A DNA stretch of 64,000 nucleotides from Alphaproteobacteria bacterium. GTDB lineage: Bacteria > Pseudomonadota > Alphaproteobacteria > Bin95. Shown here in pieces: positions 38,244 to 47,712 of this stretch. The stretch is taken from contig CAXXWS020000002.1 in assembly GCA_963665325.3 (NCBI GenBank), positions 992,001 through 1,056,000 on the forward strand, written 5' to 3'. Under the pieces are notes generated by a model. That model was not told where the DNA came from, ran no database searches, and worked only from the letters and a program-made list of their open reading frames with translations. A program made the translations under genes and the position numbers. The stretch's first letter is position 1. Each line of letters starts with the position of its first letter.

Positions 38244-38558
38244 ATGAACGACGAACGCAACTACCTGTCGACGTGCGAGGCGGCCGAGTACCTGGGGCTG
38301 TCGGCGCGCACGCTCAGGCGCTACCGGGTCACGGGCGACGGGCCGGTGTTCCACCGTTTCGGCGGCCGGGTGCGCTACCGGCGCGAGCATCTCGACGCCT
38401 GGGCGGCGGCGCGCCGGCGGTTGTCGACCGTCGACGACGGCAGCGCGCTGCCAGCCCCGCGCGTCCCCGTCTCCCGCGCTCCCCGCCCGCGAGCCGGAAC
38501 TCGCAGGGCGCGGGGGAAGGAGGAGGCCAGGGCCGACGATCCGGGAGCGGCGCGATGA
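38244..38558 (+). CDS. RdfS-like excisionase / MerR-type HTH_17 protein
   Basis: GAGGAGG RBS; YLSTCEAAEYLGLSARTLRRYRVTGDGPVFHRFGGRVRYRREHLDAWA. Confidence 0.88.
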   Translation: MNDERNYLSTCEAAEYLGLSARTLRRYRVTGDGPVFHRFGGRVRYRREHLDAWAAARRRLSTVDDGSALPAPRVPVSRAPRPRAGTRRARGKEEARADDPGAAR

Positions 38559-38896
38559 AGGGCGCGGCGGCGACGCCGGTGCCCGGCACGGGTCCCTCCG
38601 GCGCCGCATGGCGCGGGGCGGCCGTCCTCGCGTTGACGGCCGCATCCGTGCTGGCCGGCCCGGATGCAGCGCTGGCGACCACGGACACGACCTTCGATGC
38701 CCCGCTCGACACGGTGCAGGACATCGTCGGCGGCAGCGGCGGGCAGCTCGCGGCGGCGCTGGCCGTGGGCGCAGCGCTGGTGGGCTCGGTGCTGCGTTTC
38801 AACGCGATGCAGCTGATGGGCGCGGTCGGGGTCGGCATCGCGGCGGGCGCGGACACCGGCATCGTCACCGGCCTGGTCGGCTCGGCGATCGTCTGA
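38555..38896 (+). CDS. traA: F-type conjugative pilin
   Basis: Signal peptide plus two hydrophobic Gly/Ala-rich helices; immediately before traL. Confidence 0.75.
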   Translation: MKGAAATPVPGTGPSGAAWRGAAVLALTAASVLAGPDAALATTDTTFDAPLDTVQDIVGGSGGQLAAALAVGAALVGSVLRFNAMQLMGAVGVGIAAGADTGIVTGLVGSAIV

Positions 38897-39189
38897 TGAA
38901 CGACACCGCGCGCCACACCATTCCCCGGCGTCTCGACGATCCGGAGCGCTGGCTGTTCTGGACCGTCGACGAGGCCGCCGCGCTGATGGGCCCGGCGCTG
39001 CTCGGTCTGGCCGCCAACCAGTTCGTGACCGGGCTGGTCGCGGGCATCGGCGGCTGGCTCGCGCTGCGCCGGGTCAAGCGCGGCGGCGGGGCCAACATCG
39101 CGCGCTACGCGCTCTACTGGTTCCTGCCGGACTTCGTGCTGCGGCTCAGGGCGACGCCGCCGAGCCATCTCCGGCGCTTCGCGGGCTGA
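38896..39189 (+). CDS. traL: Pilus assembly protein TraL
   Basis: IPRRLDDPERWLFWTVDE, YWFLP, TPPSHLRRF. Confidence 0.9.
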   Translation: MNDTARHTIPRRLDDPERWLFWTVDEAAALMGPALLGLAANQFVTGLVAGIGGWLALRRVKRGGGANIARYALYWFLPDFVLRLRATPPSHLRRFAG

Positions 39190-39200
39190 GGAACGGGGGG

Positions 39201-39767
39201 ATGCGCCGTGTCGAGCTCGAGAGCGCGGTGCGCCGGGTGCGGGACATCCGCCTGGCGCTGGCCGGGCTGCTGGTGCTGTCGATGACGGCCAACCTTGCGC
39301 TCACGGTGGGCTTTGCCGGGCGCGAGACGGCGACGGTGCTGCTGCCGGCGACGGCGGGGCCTTCCTGGGCGGTCGGCGGCGGTGGCGCGGGGGAAGGCCG
39401 GGCCGGCGCCCGGTATCTGGAGGACATGGCGCGCACCGTGGCGGTGACGCTGCTGACGCTGACGCCGGAGAACGCGGCCCATGTGCGGCTGGCGGCGGCG
39501 CGCATGAGCCACCCCTCGGCGCGCGGCGCGATCGGCGCCTGGGTCGAGGCCGAGGCCGCCCGCATGGCCGGGCGCGATCTCGCCAGCGCCTTCTACCCCG
39601 AAGAGATCGAGGCCGACCCCGAGCGGCTCACGGTGGAGATATCGGGCGAGCTGGTGACCTGGATCGGGCGCGAGGAGGCCTCGCGCGAGGACCGGCGCTA
39701 CCGGCTCGCCTTCCGCATCGAGGCCGGGCGCATCGGCCTGCTGCGCTTCGAACAGATGGAGAACTGA
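39201..39767 (+). CDS. traE: TraE
   Basis: N-terminal TM, YLEDMA...LLTLTPEN, SAFYP; synteny. Confidence 0.85.
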   Translation: MRRVELESAVRRVRDIRLALAGLLVLSMTANLALTVGFAGRETATVLLPATAGPSWAVGGGGAGEGRAGARYLEDMARTVAVTLLTLTPENAAHVRLAAARMSHPSARGAIGAWVEAEAARMAGRDLASAFYPEEIEADPERLTVEISGELVTWIGREEASREDRRYRLAFRIEAGRIGLLRFEQMEN

Positions 39768-39769
39768 CC

Positions 39770-40552
39770 GTGAAACGGATACATCGGTGGGCGCTCGCCA
39801 TTGCATGCGCCATGTTCATGGGCGCGGTGCTGGCGCCTGTCCCGGCTCTGGCGATGCAGATCCTGGAGGCGGCCGACCATGCCGAGCTCGCCGCGGAAAT
39901 CTCCGCGACCGGCGTCAACCGGATCGCGCTCGCAGGCGACCGGATCGCCCGGGTGGTGCGGGCGCCGGACGGATACGCGGTCGAGCACGACGCGGCGTCG
40001 GGCGACCTCTATCTGAGGTCCGCCGTGGCGGGGCCTGTGGAACCGGGGACCGGACAGGCGGTCCGATACGAGCCGGTCACGCTGTTCGTCGGCACCGAGC
40101 GGGGCTTCACCTACCGGCTGACGCTGACGCCGTCGGCGCGGGGCTCGGCGCAGATATTGATCCGCAACGCGGCGGTGTTGCCGGACGCGGCGACCGCCGT
40201 CCCGGCCGGCCGGGACAGCCCCCGCGTGGCGGCGCTGGTGCGGCTGGTGCGCGCTGTGACGCGGCGCGAGCCGCTGGCGGCCTACGAAATCCACGCCGGT
40301 GGGCCTTCCCTTTCCGGCCTCATCCCGATCGAGACCTGGCGGGGCCCGCGCTTCCGGGCGCTCGTGTTCGAGGCCGGCCGTTCCGCGCCCGCCGGCGGGG
40401 ACGGGTCCGCGGGCCTCGCCGGGACCATCGGGGACAGCCTGGCCCCGGGCCGCCTTGCCGCGCTCTGGCTCGCCGCGCCCGGTAGCGGGCCGAGCGGTGG
40501 GCGTCTCGCCGTGGCGATCGTGGAGACCGCCCGCATGGAGACTCCGCGATGA
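39770..40552 (+). CDS. traK: Secretin-like TraK
   Basis: Signal peptide, ISATGVNRIAL, GDLYL, LFVGTERGFTYRLTL; synteny. Confidence 0.85.
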   Translation: MKRIHRWALAIACAMFMGAVLAPVPALAMQILEAADHAELAAEISATGVNRIALAGDRIARVVRAPDGYAVEHDAASGDLYLRSAVAGPVEPGTGQAVRYEPVTLFVGTERGFTYRLTLTPSARGSAQILIRNAAVLPDAATAVPAGRDSPRVAALVRLVRAVTRREPLAAYEIHAGGPSLSGLIPIETWRGPRFRALVFEAGRSAPAGGDGSAGLAGTIGDSLAPGRLAALWLAAPGSGPSGGRLAVAIVETARMETPR

Positions 40553-41835
40553 GCGCGCGGCAGGACACTTCGGATCCCGGCGCGGTGCGGCGGCGCCAGC
40601 TGCTGCTGTTCTCGGCTCTCGCCGCCGTGCTCCTGGTCGTGCTGGCCGTCTGGCTCGGCATGGGCGGCGGCGGGCAGCCGGCGCCGCGGGGCGGCATCGA
40701 GGCCGGGATCGTGGCGCCGGACGCGGCCGAGCAGGTCTGGACGCGGCGCTCGGAGGCCCGGCTCGGCGGGATCGAGACGCAGTTGCGCGAGATGCGCCAG
40801 GAGGCGCGCCGGCTCGCCGCCGACAACGACCGCCTGCGGGCGAAGCTGGAGCGGGACACCGCCGACGCGCGCACCGTGATCGACCGGCAGGCGGCGGTGA
40901 TGGACGAGCTCGAACGCCGGCTCGGGGCGCCCGTGCAGCCGGGAACGGTGCCCGGCGGCGGCACCGCGGCGGATCCGTACTTCCGCGTTCCGTCCTCGAC
41001 GCCTGAGACCGGCGGGGAGGCGCCGACGCGACCGGTCGCACCCACGCGCATGATCGAGACCTTCGATCTGGAAGGCGGCCCGCGGTCGTCGGCGACCGAT
41101 CCCCGAACCGGGCCCGAGCTCGTGGCGGACGCCGTGGCCAAGCCGGTCTCGGCCTGGCTGCCGGCGGGCGCCCATGCGCAAGCCGTGGTGCTTGCCGGCG
41201 TCGACGCCTCGGCCGGCATCTCGTCGCAGGGCGATCCCCGCCCGGTGCTGATGCGCGTTACGGGTCCGGCATGGACCGCCGCCCCATCGGGTTCGGGGGA
41301 CGGTGCCGCCCTGCAGGTCGACATCGACGGCTGCACCGTGACGGGGGCAGCGCATGGCGACCTCTCCTCGGAGAAGGTTTACGTCCGCTTCCGCACGATG
41401 ACTTGTGCCGGGCCGGAGCCGGGCACCGTGATCGAGACCGATGTGGCGGGCTTCGTCGCCGGCTCGGGCAAGACCGGGGTGCGCGGACCGGTGGTGAGCC
41501 GCGAGGGCGCGCTGGTCGAGAAGGCGTTCCTGGCCGGCGTGGTGTCGGGCGTCGGCCAGGGCGCGGCGCAGGCCTTCCAGCCGCAGGCGGTGGCCACGGG
41601 CGCGGGCGGCGCCGCGGTTGCGAACACCGGGCTCGGCGACATCGGCCGGGCCGGTCTCGGCGCCGGTGCGTCCTCGGCGGGGCAGAAAGTGGCCGACTAC
41701 ATGATCCGGCGCGCCGAGCAGTACCAGCCGGTGATCCAGCTCCAGGCCGGCACGAAGGTGACCCTGGTGTTCCTTGAAGGCGCCCGCATCGACGGCCGCG
41801 CCGTGCAACCGCAATCGAACAACGGAGGGAAATGA
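40549..41835 (+). CDS. traB: TraB (VirB10-like)
   Basis: TM, coiled coil, WLPAG...LAGVDA, GCTVTGAAHGDLSSE, GVRGPVVSREG, RAEQYQPVI. Confidence 0.92.
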   Translation: MSARQDTSDPGAVRRRQLLLFSALAAVLLVVLAVWLGMGGGGQPAPRGGIEAGIVAPDAAEQVWTRRSEARLGGIETQLREMRQEARRLAADNDRLRAKLERDTADARTVIDRQAAVMDELERRLGAPVQPGTVPGGGTAADPYFRVPSSTPETGGEAPTRPVAPTRMIETFDLEGGPRSSATDPRTGPELVADAVAKPVSAWLPAGAHAQAVVLAGVDASAGISSQGDPRPVLMRVTGPAWTAAPSGSGDGAALQVDIDGCTVTGAAHGDLSSEKVYVRFRTMTCAGPEPGTVIETDVAGFVAGSGKTGVRGPVVSREGALVEKAFLAGVVSGVGQGAAQAFQPQAVATGAGGAAVANTGLGDIGRAGLGAGASSAGQKVADYMIRRAEQYQPVIQLQAGTKVTLVFLEGARIDGRAVQPQSNNGGK

Positions 41836-41836
41836 C

Positions 41837-42406
41837 ATGGTCGGTTCGCGATTGGGTAATCGGGCCATGGCGCCTGTGGCTGCGGCCGTCGCGGCCCTCA
41901 TGCTCGCCGGATGCTCCTCGGGCCACATCGGTGAGGACTGGCAGTGCCCGCTGGCGAAGGGCGGCTCCTGCGCCAGCGTCGCCGCCGCCGATCCGGCGGT
42001 GCCGAAGACGGGCGCTGCGCGGACGATGACGACCGGGCAGCCGATCCGGCTGCTGCCCCGCGACATGGAAGCCGAACGCGCCGATCTACCGGCGATGGAG
42101 CCCCGATCCTGTGAGACCGCCTGCGGCTTCGATCCCTTCGCCTGGCTCGCGCGGCTGTTGGGCGGCAGCGATAACGACGACCGCCCCGGCTACGGTGGTG
42201 CCGAACCGGAAACGATCGATTCCGCCGCCGCCGCTCTTCCGGCCGATCCCGCCTCCGGCAGTGACGCCGGGCAAGCCGACGGTCTGCGCACCGGCGAGGT
42301 CGTGGCGCGCATCTGGATCGCGCCCTTCGTCGACGCCGACGGCGTCTACCGCGAAGCGTCCCATGTCCGGGTCGTTCTGGAGCCCGCCGGCTGGAGGCTC
42401 CGCTGA
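41837..42406 (+). CDS. traV: Lipoprotein TraV
   Basis: Lipobox LAGC, WQCP...GSC, RIWIAPFVDADG. Confidence 0.88.
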   Translation: MVGSRLGNRAMAPVAAAVAALMLAGCSSGHIGEDWQCPLAKGGSCASVAAADPAVPKTGAARTMTTGQPIRLLPRDMEAERADLPAMEPRSCETACGFDPFAWLARLLGGSDNDDRPGYGGAEPETIDSAAAALPADPASGSDAGQADGLRTGEVVARIWIAPFVDADGVYREASHVRVVLEPAGWRLR

Positions 42407-45006
42407 TGGCGGCGGGAGCGCTCGGCCGGCTGCTGGAGATGTTCGAGGGGCCGGAGGCGCCGGGTCCCTGGTCGCCCCCCGCCATGCCGGCCGCGCTGCA
42501 TGCGCTGCTGCCATGGCGCGCGTTCGACGAGTCGAGCGAGCTCTATGTCAACGCAGGCTCCGTTGGCTTCGTCATCGAGCTGCCGCCCTTCGCCGGCATC
42601 GACGCCGAGACGCTGGGAGCGCTTTCCGGCACGCTCGCCGACGCCGCGCCCGAGCGCTGCACGATACAGATCGTCCACTGGGCGAGCCCGCGCTTCGGCG
42701 CCGCCATGCGCGCCTGGGCCGAGCCGCGTGTCGGGACCGGCGGGGCGCTGAACCGCATGGGCGAACGCCGCCGGAACCTGCTTGCCCCCGGAGGATGGCG
42801 CCGGCTGCATGACGGGGGACCGCCCTTCACCCTCACGGACTACCGGGTGTTCGTCACCGCCTGTCTTGCGGGCGGTCCCGGTCCGGCGGCGGAGACCGCG
42901 CTCGGCGCCTTCCGCCGGGCGCTGGAGGGAACCCTCGCCTCCGCCGGGGCCTCGGCAAGGCGGCTGGAGCCGGACGGGCTGCTGTCGCTGGCGGTGGAAC
43001 TGACCGCGCCCGACATTGCCGGACGCCATGACGGGGGAACCGAACGCCCGGTGCGGCGCTGGGCGCCGCGCGATCCGCTGCACGAGCAGTGCACCGCGCC
43101 CGGACGCGCTCTCACGGTCCATCCCACCGGCCTCACTCTCCACCATCCGGACGGTGGCGGCAACGGCGGCTCCGGGGACATCGCCGTGCGCGTACTCAGC
43201 GCCATCGCCTTTCCCGAAGTCTGGCCGGGCTGGCGCGGCAACGCGCTGATCGGCGACTTCCACCGCGACTTCCTCCAGCCCGGCTGTCCGGTGCTGACCT
43301 GCCTCACCGTCATGACCGGCGACGAGGCGGCGGGCGAGAAGGCGTTCCTCAAATCCGCCCGCGCCACCCAGCAGGCCGGCACCGGGATCGCGCGCTATCT
43401 CCCGGGCCTGCCCGAGAAGGCGCGCGACTGGCAGGCGGTGACCGAGCGGCTCAAGGACGGCGAGCGGCTGGTCCGCGCCTGCTACATGGCCGCCGTCTAC
43501 GCCCCGCTGGACGTGCTCGACGAAGCCGAGCAGGCGGTGCGCGCGATCTATCACGGCCAGGGCTGGCGGGTGAACGCCGAGCGCTACATGCAGCTGCCCT
43601 CCTGGCTCGCCTGCCTCCCCATGGCGTCCGCCGGCGGGCTCGACGCCGATCTCGAACGCATGGGCCGCATGAAGACCCTGCTGACCGCATCGGCGGTCAA
43701 TCTCGCGCCGTGGCACGGCGAGTGGCGGGGCCAGCCGATGAACCCGGACAACCCGCCGGCCCTCTTCCTGATCGGCAGGCGCGGCCAGCCGGCCTGCTGG
43801 TCGCCCTTCGCCAACGAGGCGGGCAACTACAACACTGCGGTCACCGGCAAGTCCGGCTCCGGCAAGTCGGTGCTGATGCAGGAGCTGGTGACCGGGCTGA
43901 TCGGCGCCGGCGGCGAGGCGGTGGTGATCGACGACGGACGCTCGTTCCAGCACACGGCGGAGGCGCTCGGCGGCGCGTTCATCGCCTTCGGCAAGGATCC
44001 GGCCTGCCTCAACCCCTTCGCCATGATCGATGCCGGAACCGCGGAACATGACGGCGACTACCGCGAGGAGTGCTTCGCCATGCTGGCCGGCGTCATCGGG
44101 CGGATGGCAAGGCGAAGGGGCTCCATCGACGACATCGAGGCGGCGCTGATCGCCGAAGCCATCGCGGCCGCGTGGGACGAGGCCGGCAACGGTGCCGATC
44201 TCGGCACCGTGCGCAAGAACCTGGAATCGAGGGACGACCGCCGCGCCGCCGACATGGCGACCGCCCTCGGCCCCTGGTGTCCGGGCGGCGCCATGGGGCG
44301 GCTGTTCGCCGGCTCGAACGTGCCGGACCTTGAGAACGCCATGACGGTGTTCGAGCTGGCCGAGCTCAAGGGACGAGGCGACGTGCAGGCGGTGGTGCTG
44401 ATGCTGGTGGTCTTCCTCGCCACCCAGCGCATGTATCACGGCCCCCGCACCCGCGCGAAGGCGATCGTCATCGACGAGGCCTGGGACCTGCTCTCCGGCG
44501 AGGACAGCCGCGCCTTCCTCGAAGGCGCGGCCAGACGGGCCCGAAAATATCGGGGCTCCCTCATCACCGGCACGCAGAGCGTCAACGACTATTACGCCAA
44601 CCCGGCCGCGCGCGCGGCCTGGGAGAACTCGGACTGGGTGATCTTCCTCGCCCAGAAGGACGAATCCATCGAGCTGCTCAAGTCCGAGAAGCGCATCCAC
44701 TGCGATCCCGGCATGGAGCGCGCGCTGAAGTCCCTCACCACCGCCGACGGCCGCTATGCCGAGCTGGTGCTGCACGGCCCCGACGGCTGGCGGGTGGCGC
44801 GGCTGGTGCTCGATGCCTGGTCGGTGGCGCTGTTCTCCTCGCGCGGCCCCGCCTTCGCCGCGGTCGAGACGCTCAAGGCCGAGGGGCTCTCCACCGTCCA
44901 GGCCATCGACCGGCTCGCGGGGGACGGTCCCCTCGCGGGCGGCGGCGCCCTCGCCGGCCCCGCTGCCGGACATTCCGAACCATCCGAAACGGAGGATGCG
45001 GCATGA
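42406..45006 (+). CDS. traC: TraC (VirB4-like ATPase)
   Basis: NYNTAVTGKSGSGKS, VIDDGRS, IDEAWDLL, RRARKY, TQSVNDY. Confidence 0.95.
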   Translation: MAAGALGRLLEMFEGPEAPGPWSPPAMPAALHALLPWRAFDESSELYVNAGSVGFVIELPPFAGIDAETLGALSGTLADAAPERCTIQIVHWASPRFGAAMRAWAEPRVGTGGALNRMGERRRNLLAPGGWRRLHDGGPPFTLTDYRVFVTACLAGGPGPAAETALGAFRRALEGTLASAGASARRLEPDGLLSLAVELTAPDIAGRHDGGTERPVRRWAPRDPLHEQCTAPGRALTVHPTGLTLHHPDGGGNGGSGDIAVRVLSAIAFPEVWPGWRGNALIGDFHRDFLQPGCPVLTCLTVMTGDEAAGEKAFLKSARATQQAGTGIARYLPGLPEKARDWQAVTERLKDGERLVRACYMAAVYAPLDVLDEAEQAVRAIYHGQGWRVNAERYMQLPSWLACLPMASAGGLDADLERMGRMKTLLTASAVNLAPWHGEWRGQPMNPDNPPALFLIGRRGQPACWSPFANEAGNYNTAVTGKSGSGKSVLMQELVTGLIGAGGEAVVIDDGRSFQHTAEALGGAFIAFGKDPACLNPFAMIDAGTAEHDGDYREECFAMLAGVIGRMARRRGSIDDIEAALIAEAIAAAWDEAGNGADLGTVRKNLESRDDRRAADMATALGPWCPGGAMGRLFAGSNVPDLENAMTVFELAELKGRGDVQAVVLMLVVFLATQRMYHGPRTRAKAIVIDEAWDLLSGEDSRAFLEGAARRARKYRGSLITGTQSVNDYYANPAARAAWENSDWVIFLAQKDESIELLKSEKRIHCDPGMERALKSLTTADGRYAELVLHGPDGWRVARLVLDAWSVALFSSRGPAFAAVETLKAEGLSTVQAIDRLAGDGPLAGGGALAGPAAGHSEPSETEDAA

Positions 45007-45629
45007 CGCAAAAAGCAAACGGCGGCGAAAGGTCGCTCAACTGGCCGGACGACCCGGAGACAGTGACGGCCGCCGATATCGACTTCACCGCGCTGGCGCA
45101 TGTGCTTGCCAACACCTGCCGCCGGGGCGGCTGTGTGCGTTCCTACCACTCGGTGGCGGCGCACGCGGTAATCGTCTCGGAGGAGATCGAGGCGCTCGAC
45201 GGTCTCGCGGACGAAGACCGGCGGGTGCTGGCTCTCCATGCGCTCCTTGCGCCCGCGCCGTCGGCCTGGCTCCGGGCCCGGCTGCCGGACTCGCAGCGGG
45301 CGGCCGAGCCCGGATCGCGGTCCGGGCCAGGACGCGCCGGAAGGCTGGCGACGGGGATCGAGACCGCGGTGCGCGAGGCCGCCGGGCTCGATGCCGTGCT
45401 GGACGAGGACCACGGCGAACTGCTGCGATTCGTGACCCGCATGGCGGCTTCGGCCGAGCGCCGCGACATCATGGACGGGAACGCCGCCGCGAGCGCCGGC
45501 GTGGCCTTCCCGCCGCTGAAACGGCGCATCCGTTCGATCATGCCCGACAAGGCGGCGGAGGCCTGGCTCGCCCGCTTCCGGGCGCTCGCCGGACCGGCCG
45601 GCGGCTCGTCGGATGGGCCGCGAGGCTGA
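45003..45629 (+). CDS. HD-superfamily (YfbR-like) protein with degenerate HD motif
   Basis: IDFTALAHVLANTCRRGG...YHSVAAHAVIVS is intact, but the expected LLHDAAEAY reads LLAPAPSAW. Confidence 0.65.
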   Translation: MTQKANGGERSLNWPDDPETVTAADIDFTALAHVLANTCRRGGCVRSYHSVAAHAVIVSEEIEALDGLADEDRRVLALHALLAPAPSAWLRARLPDSQRAAEPGSRSGPGRAGRLATGIETAVREAAGLDAVLDEDHGELLRFVTRMAASAERRDIMDGNAAASAGVAFPPLKRRIRSIMPDKAAEAWLARFRALAGPAGGSSDGPRG

Positions 45630-45633
45630 CACG

Positions 45634-46020
45634 ATGCGTTCCGACTCCGCGTGGCCGGCGATGGTGTCCGCCGTGCTGCTCTCGGGCGCGGTGGCGGCGG
45701 CGGTCGCGGCGGCCGTCCTCCGATATGGGGTCGATCCGCCACCGCGCATCGCCGGCGTTCGTCTTGCGGAAATGACCGCGGCCTGGACGACGCGGGCGGC
45801 AGCCGAAGGCCGGCCGGCGTCGGAGGTCCGCGCCTGGGGCGCGGCGCTGGAGACCGCTCTCGACCGCGTGGCGCACGATCATGGCGTCGTTCTGCTGCCT
45901 GCGCGCGCCGTCGCCGCCGGGGCGCCGGACCTGACGCGGCAGGTCAAGGACGTGCTGGCGGCGATCCTGGCGGGTCGCGGGTCCGGGCCGTCCGCGCTCT
46001 CCGGCGGAGAGCGGCCGTGA
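45634..46020 (+). CDS. trbI: F-type TrbI
   Basis: N-terminal TM, VVLLPARAVAAGAPDLT; synteny. Confidence 0.75.
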   Translation: MRSDSAWPAMVSAVLLSGAVAAAVAAAVLRYGVDPPPRIAGVRLAEMTAAWTTRAAAEGRPASEVRAWGAALETALDRVAHDHGVVLLPARAVAAGAPDLTRQVKDVLAAILAGRGSGPSALSGGERP

Positions 46021-46604
46021 CCGCATCGCGCCCGATGTTCGCCCGGCGGGACGCCCATGCGCGCCGCCGCCAGGTCGGCCTGGCGGTCATGATCGCGCTG
46101 GCGGCGCTCTGGCTCGGCCTCGCCTCGCGGGTGCATGTCAATGCCAGCTGGTCGGACCAAGCCTGGGGCTATGCCGCCTTCCCGCTGTTCGGCGAGGACC
46201 CGAGGATCGGCGACCGGGTGTTGTTCGAGCCTCCCGAAGCGCTGGAATCCCGGGTGCCGTATCTGAAGACCGTGCGCGGCCTGCCGGGCATGGCGGTCGC
46301 GGTCTCGGAAGACGGGACGGTCTTTCTCGACGGCGTCGCGGTCGGCCGCGCCAAGACCCATGCCCTCGACGGGCGGCCGCTCGAAGCCATCGCACCGGGG
46401 ATCATCCCGCCCGGCCATTACTTCCTGCTTGGCCGTCATCCCGACAGCCACGACAGCCGCTACGCCGAAATCGGTCTGGTGCCGCGCCATCGCATCCTCG
46501 GCCGCGCGATTGCCCTGCCGGACCTGCCCTGGCTCGGCCTGAAGGGACCGCTGGTGGGGCCGGAGGATGTCCGGCCGGACGCGAAACCGGAGGCGCGGCG
46601 ATGA
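46017..46604 (+). CDS. S26-family conjugative signal peptidase (TrhF/TraF_P-like pilin maturase)
   Basis: VNASWS, YLKTVRGLPG, HPDSHDSRYAEIGLV. Confidence 0.88.
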   Translation: MTASRPMFARRDAHARRRQVGLAVMIALAALWLGLASRVHVNASWSDQAWGYAAFPLFGEDPRIGDRVLFEPPEALESRVPYLKTVRGLPGMAVAVSEDGTVFLDGVAVGRAKTHALDGRPLEAIAPGIIPPGHYFLLGRHPDSHDSRYAEIGLVPRHRILGRAIALPDLPWLGLKGPLVGPEDVRPDAKPEARR

Positions 46605-47308
46605 GACGGTCGGCGACACTGCTGCTTGCCGCCCTGCTCGCGGCGATGGCGCCGGAAGCGTCCGCGAAGGACCTGGGCGTGCGCGGCGCGACCTGGCCGG
46701 TGGCCGAGCCCGACCTGCTGCTCGAAATAGAGGCGCGGCTCGCGGAATTGCAGCGCTCCGGCGAGCTTGCCCGTCTGGAGGACGAGGCCCGCACCCGCGC
46801 CCGCCGGAGCCTTCAAGAGCCCGAAACTGTGCCCGGCATTGCGCCGGCACGGGAGCAATTCAGCCGGCTGTTCGATCCCTCGATCGCGGTGGCACAGGAT
46901 ATCCGCGCGCCCGACGGCACGCTCATCGCCGCCACCGGGACCAGGGTCAACCCGCTGGAGCGCCTGCCGCTCACCCGCGATCTGATCTTCATCGACGGCA
47001 GGCGCGCGGCCGAGATCGCCTGGGCGCTCGCCCATGACCGTCCGGCGAAGATCGTGCTGCTGGCCGGGCGTCCGCTCGATCTCATGCGCCGCCATCGGCG
47101 GCCCTTCTTCTTCGACACCGGCGGCAGGCTCGCCGCGCGCTTCGGCGTCGCCGCGACGCCCACGCTGATCGAACAGGACGGCGTTCGACTGCGCCTGACC
47201 GAATTCCCGGTTGTGGATCGGGCGGGGCCGCAGTCCGGCCAATGCGATGGCGATACGCAACCCACCGAATCATTGAAACCGACAGCGAGGGGAGAAAAGC
47301 CATGCTGA
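46601..47308 (+). CDS. traW: TraW
   Basis: KDLGVRGATWPVAEPDLL, FDPSI, GTRVNPL, FFDTGGRLAARFG. Confidence 0.92.
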   Translation: MRRSATLLLAALLAAMAPEASAKDLGVRGATWPVAEPDLLLEIEARLAELQRSGELARLEDEARTRARRSLQEPETVPGIAPAREQFSRLFDPSIAVAQDIRAPDGTLIAATGTRVNPLERLPLTRDLIFIDGRRAAEIAWALAHDRPAKIVLLAGRPLDLMRRHRRPFFFDTGGRLAARFGVAATPTLIEQDGVRLRLTEFPVVDRAGPQSGQCDGDTQPTESLKPTARGEKPC

Positions 47309-47712
47309 CCGTGAACCGCGCGACCCTGGTGGGCCATGCAGGCCGCGATCCCGAGATCCGCGCCCTGCCGAACGGGGGCAGGGCGGCGACCTTCCCGCTC
47401 GCCACCGCCGAAAAATGGACCGACCGCGAGGGCAAGCCCCAGGAGGCCACGGACTGGCACCGCATCGTGGTCTATGGCGCGGCCGTCGAGATCGTCGGGA
47501 CCATGCTGCGCAAGGGCGGTCCGGTCATGGTCGAGAGCCTGCCCCGGACTCGATCCGGGGGCCGCATCGCGACCCGGCAATACCGCGACCGGGACGACAA
47601 CGACCGCACCGTCACCGAGATCGTCGTCGCCGGGCCGCAGGGCATGGTCAATATCCTCAGCCCGAGGAAGCTGGAGCATGGCAACGCCGCGGCAACCGGG
47701 TCCACGGCATGA
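47302..47712 (+). CDS. ssb: Single-stranded DNA-binding protein (no acidic tail; 8-aa palindrome-derived insertion)
   Basis: VNRATLVGHAGRDPEIR, ATAEKW, TDWHRIVVY, VE[SLPRTRSG]GRIATRQY, TEIVV. Confidence 0.9.
   Translation: MLTVNRATLVGHAGRDPEIRALPNGGRAATFPLATAEKWTDREGKPQEATDWHRIVVYGAAVEIVGTMLRKGGPVMVESLPRTRSGGRIATRQYRDRDDNDRTVTEIVVAGPQGMVNILSPRKLEHGNAAATGSTA
47537..47560 (-). repeat. Intragenic palindromic element inserted in frame in ssb
   Basis: GCCTGCCCCGGACTCGATCCGGGG (24 bp) splits the conserved VEG motif. Confidence 0.8.
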
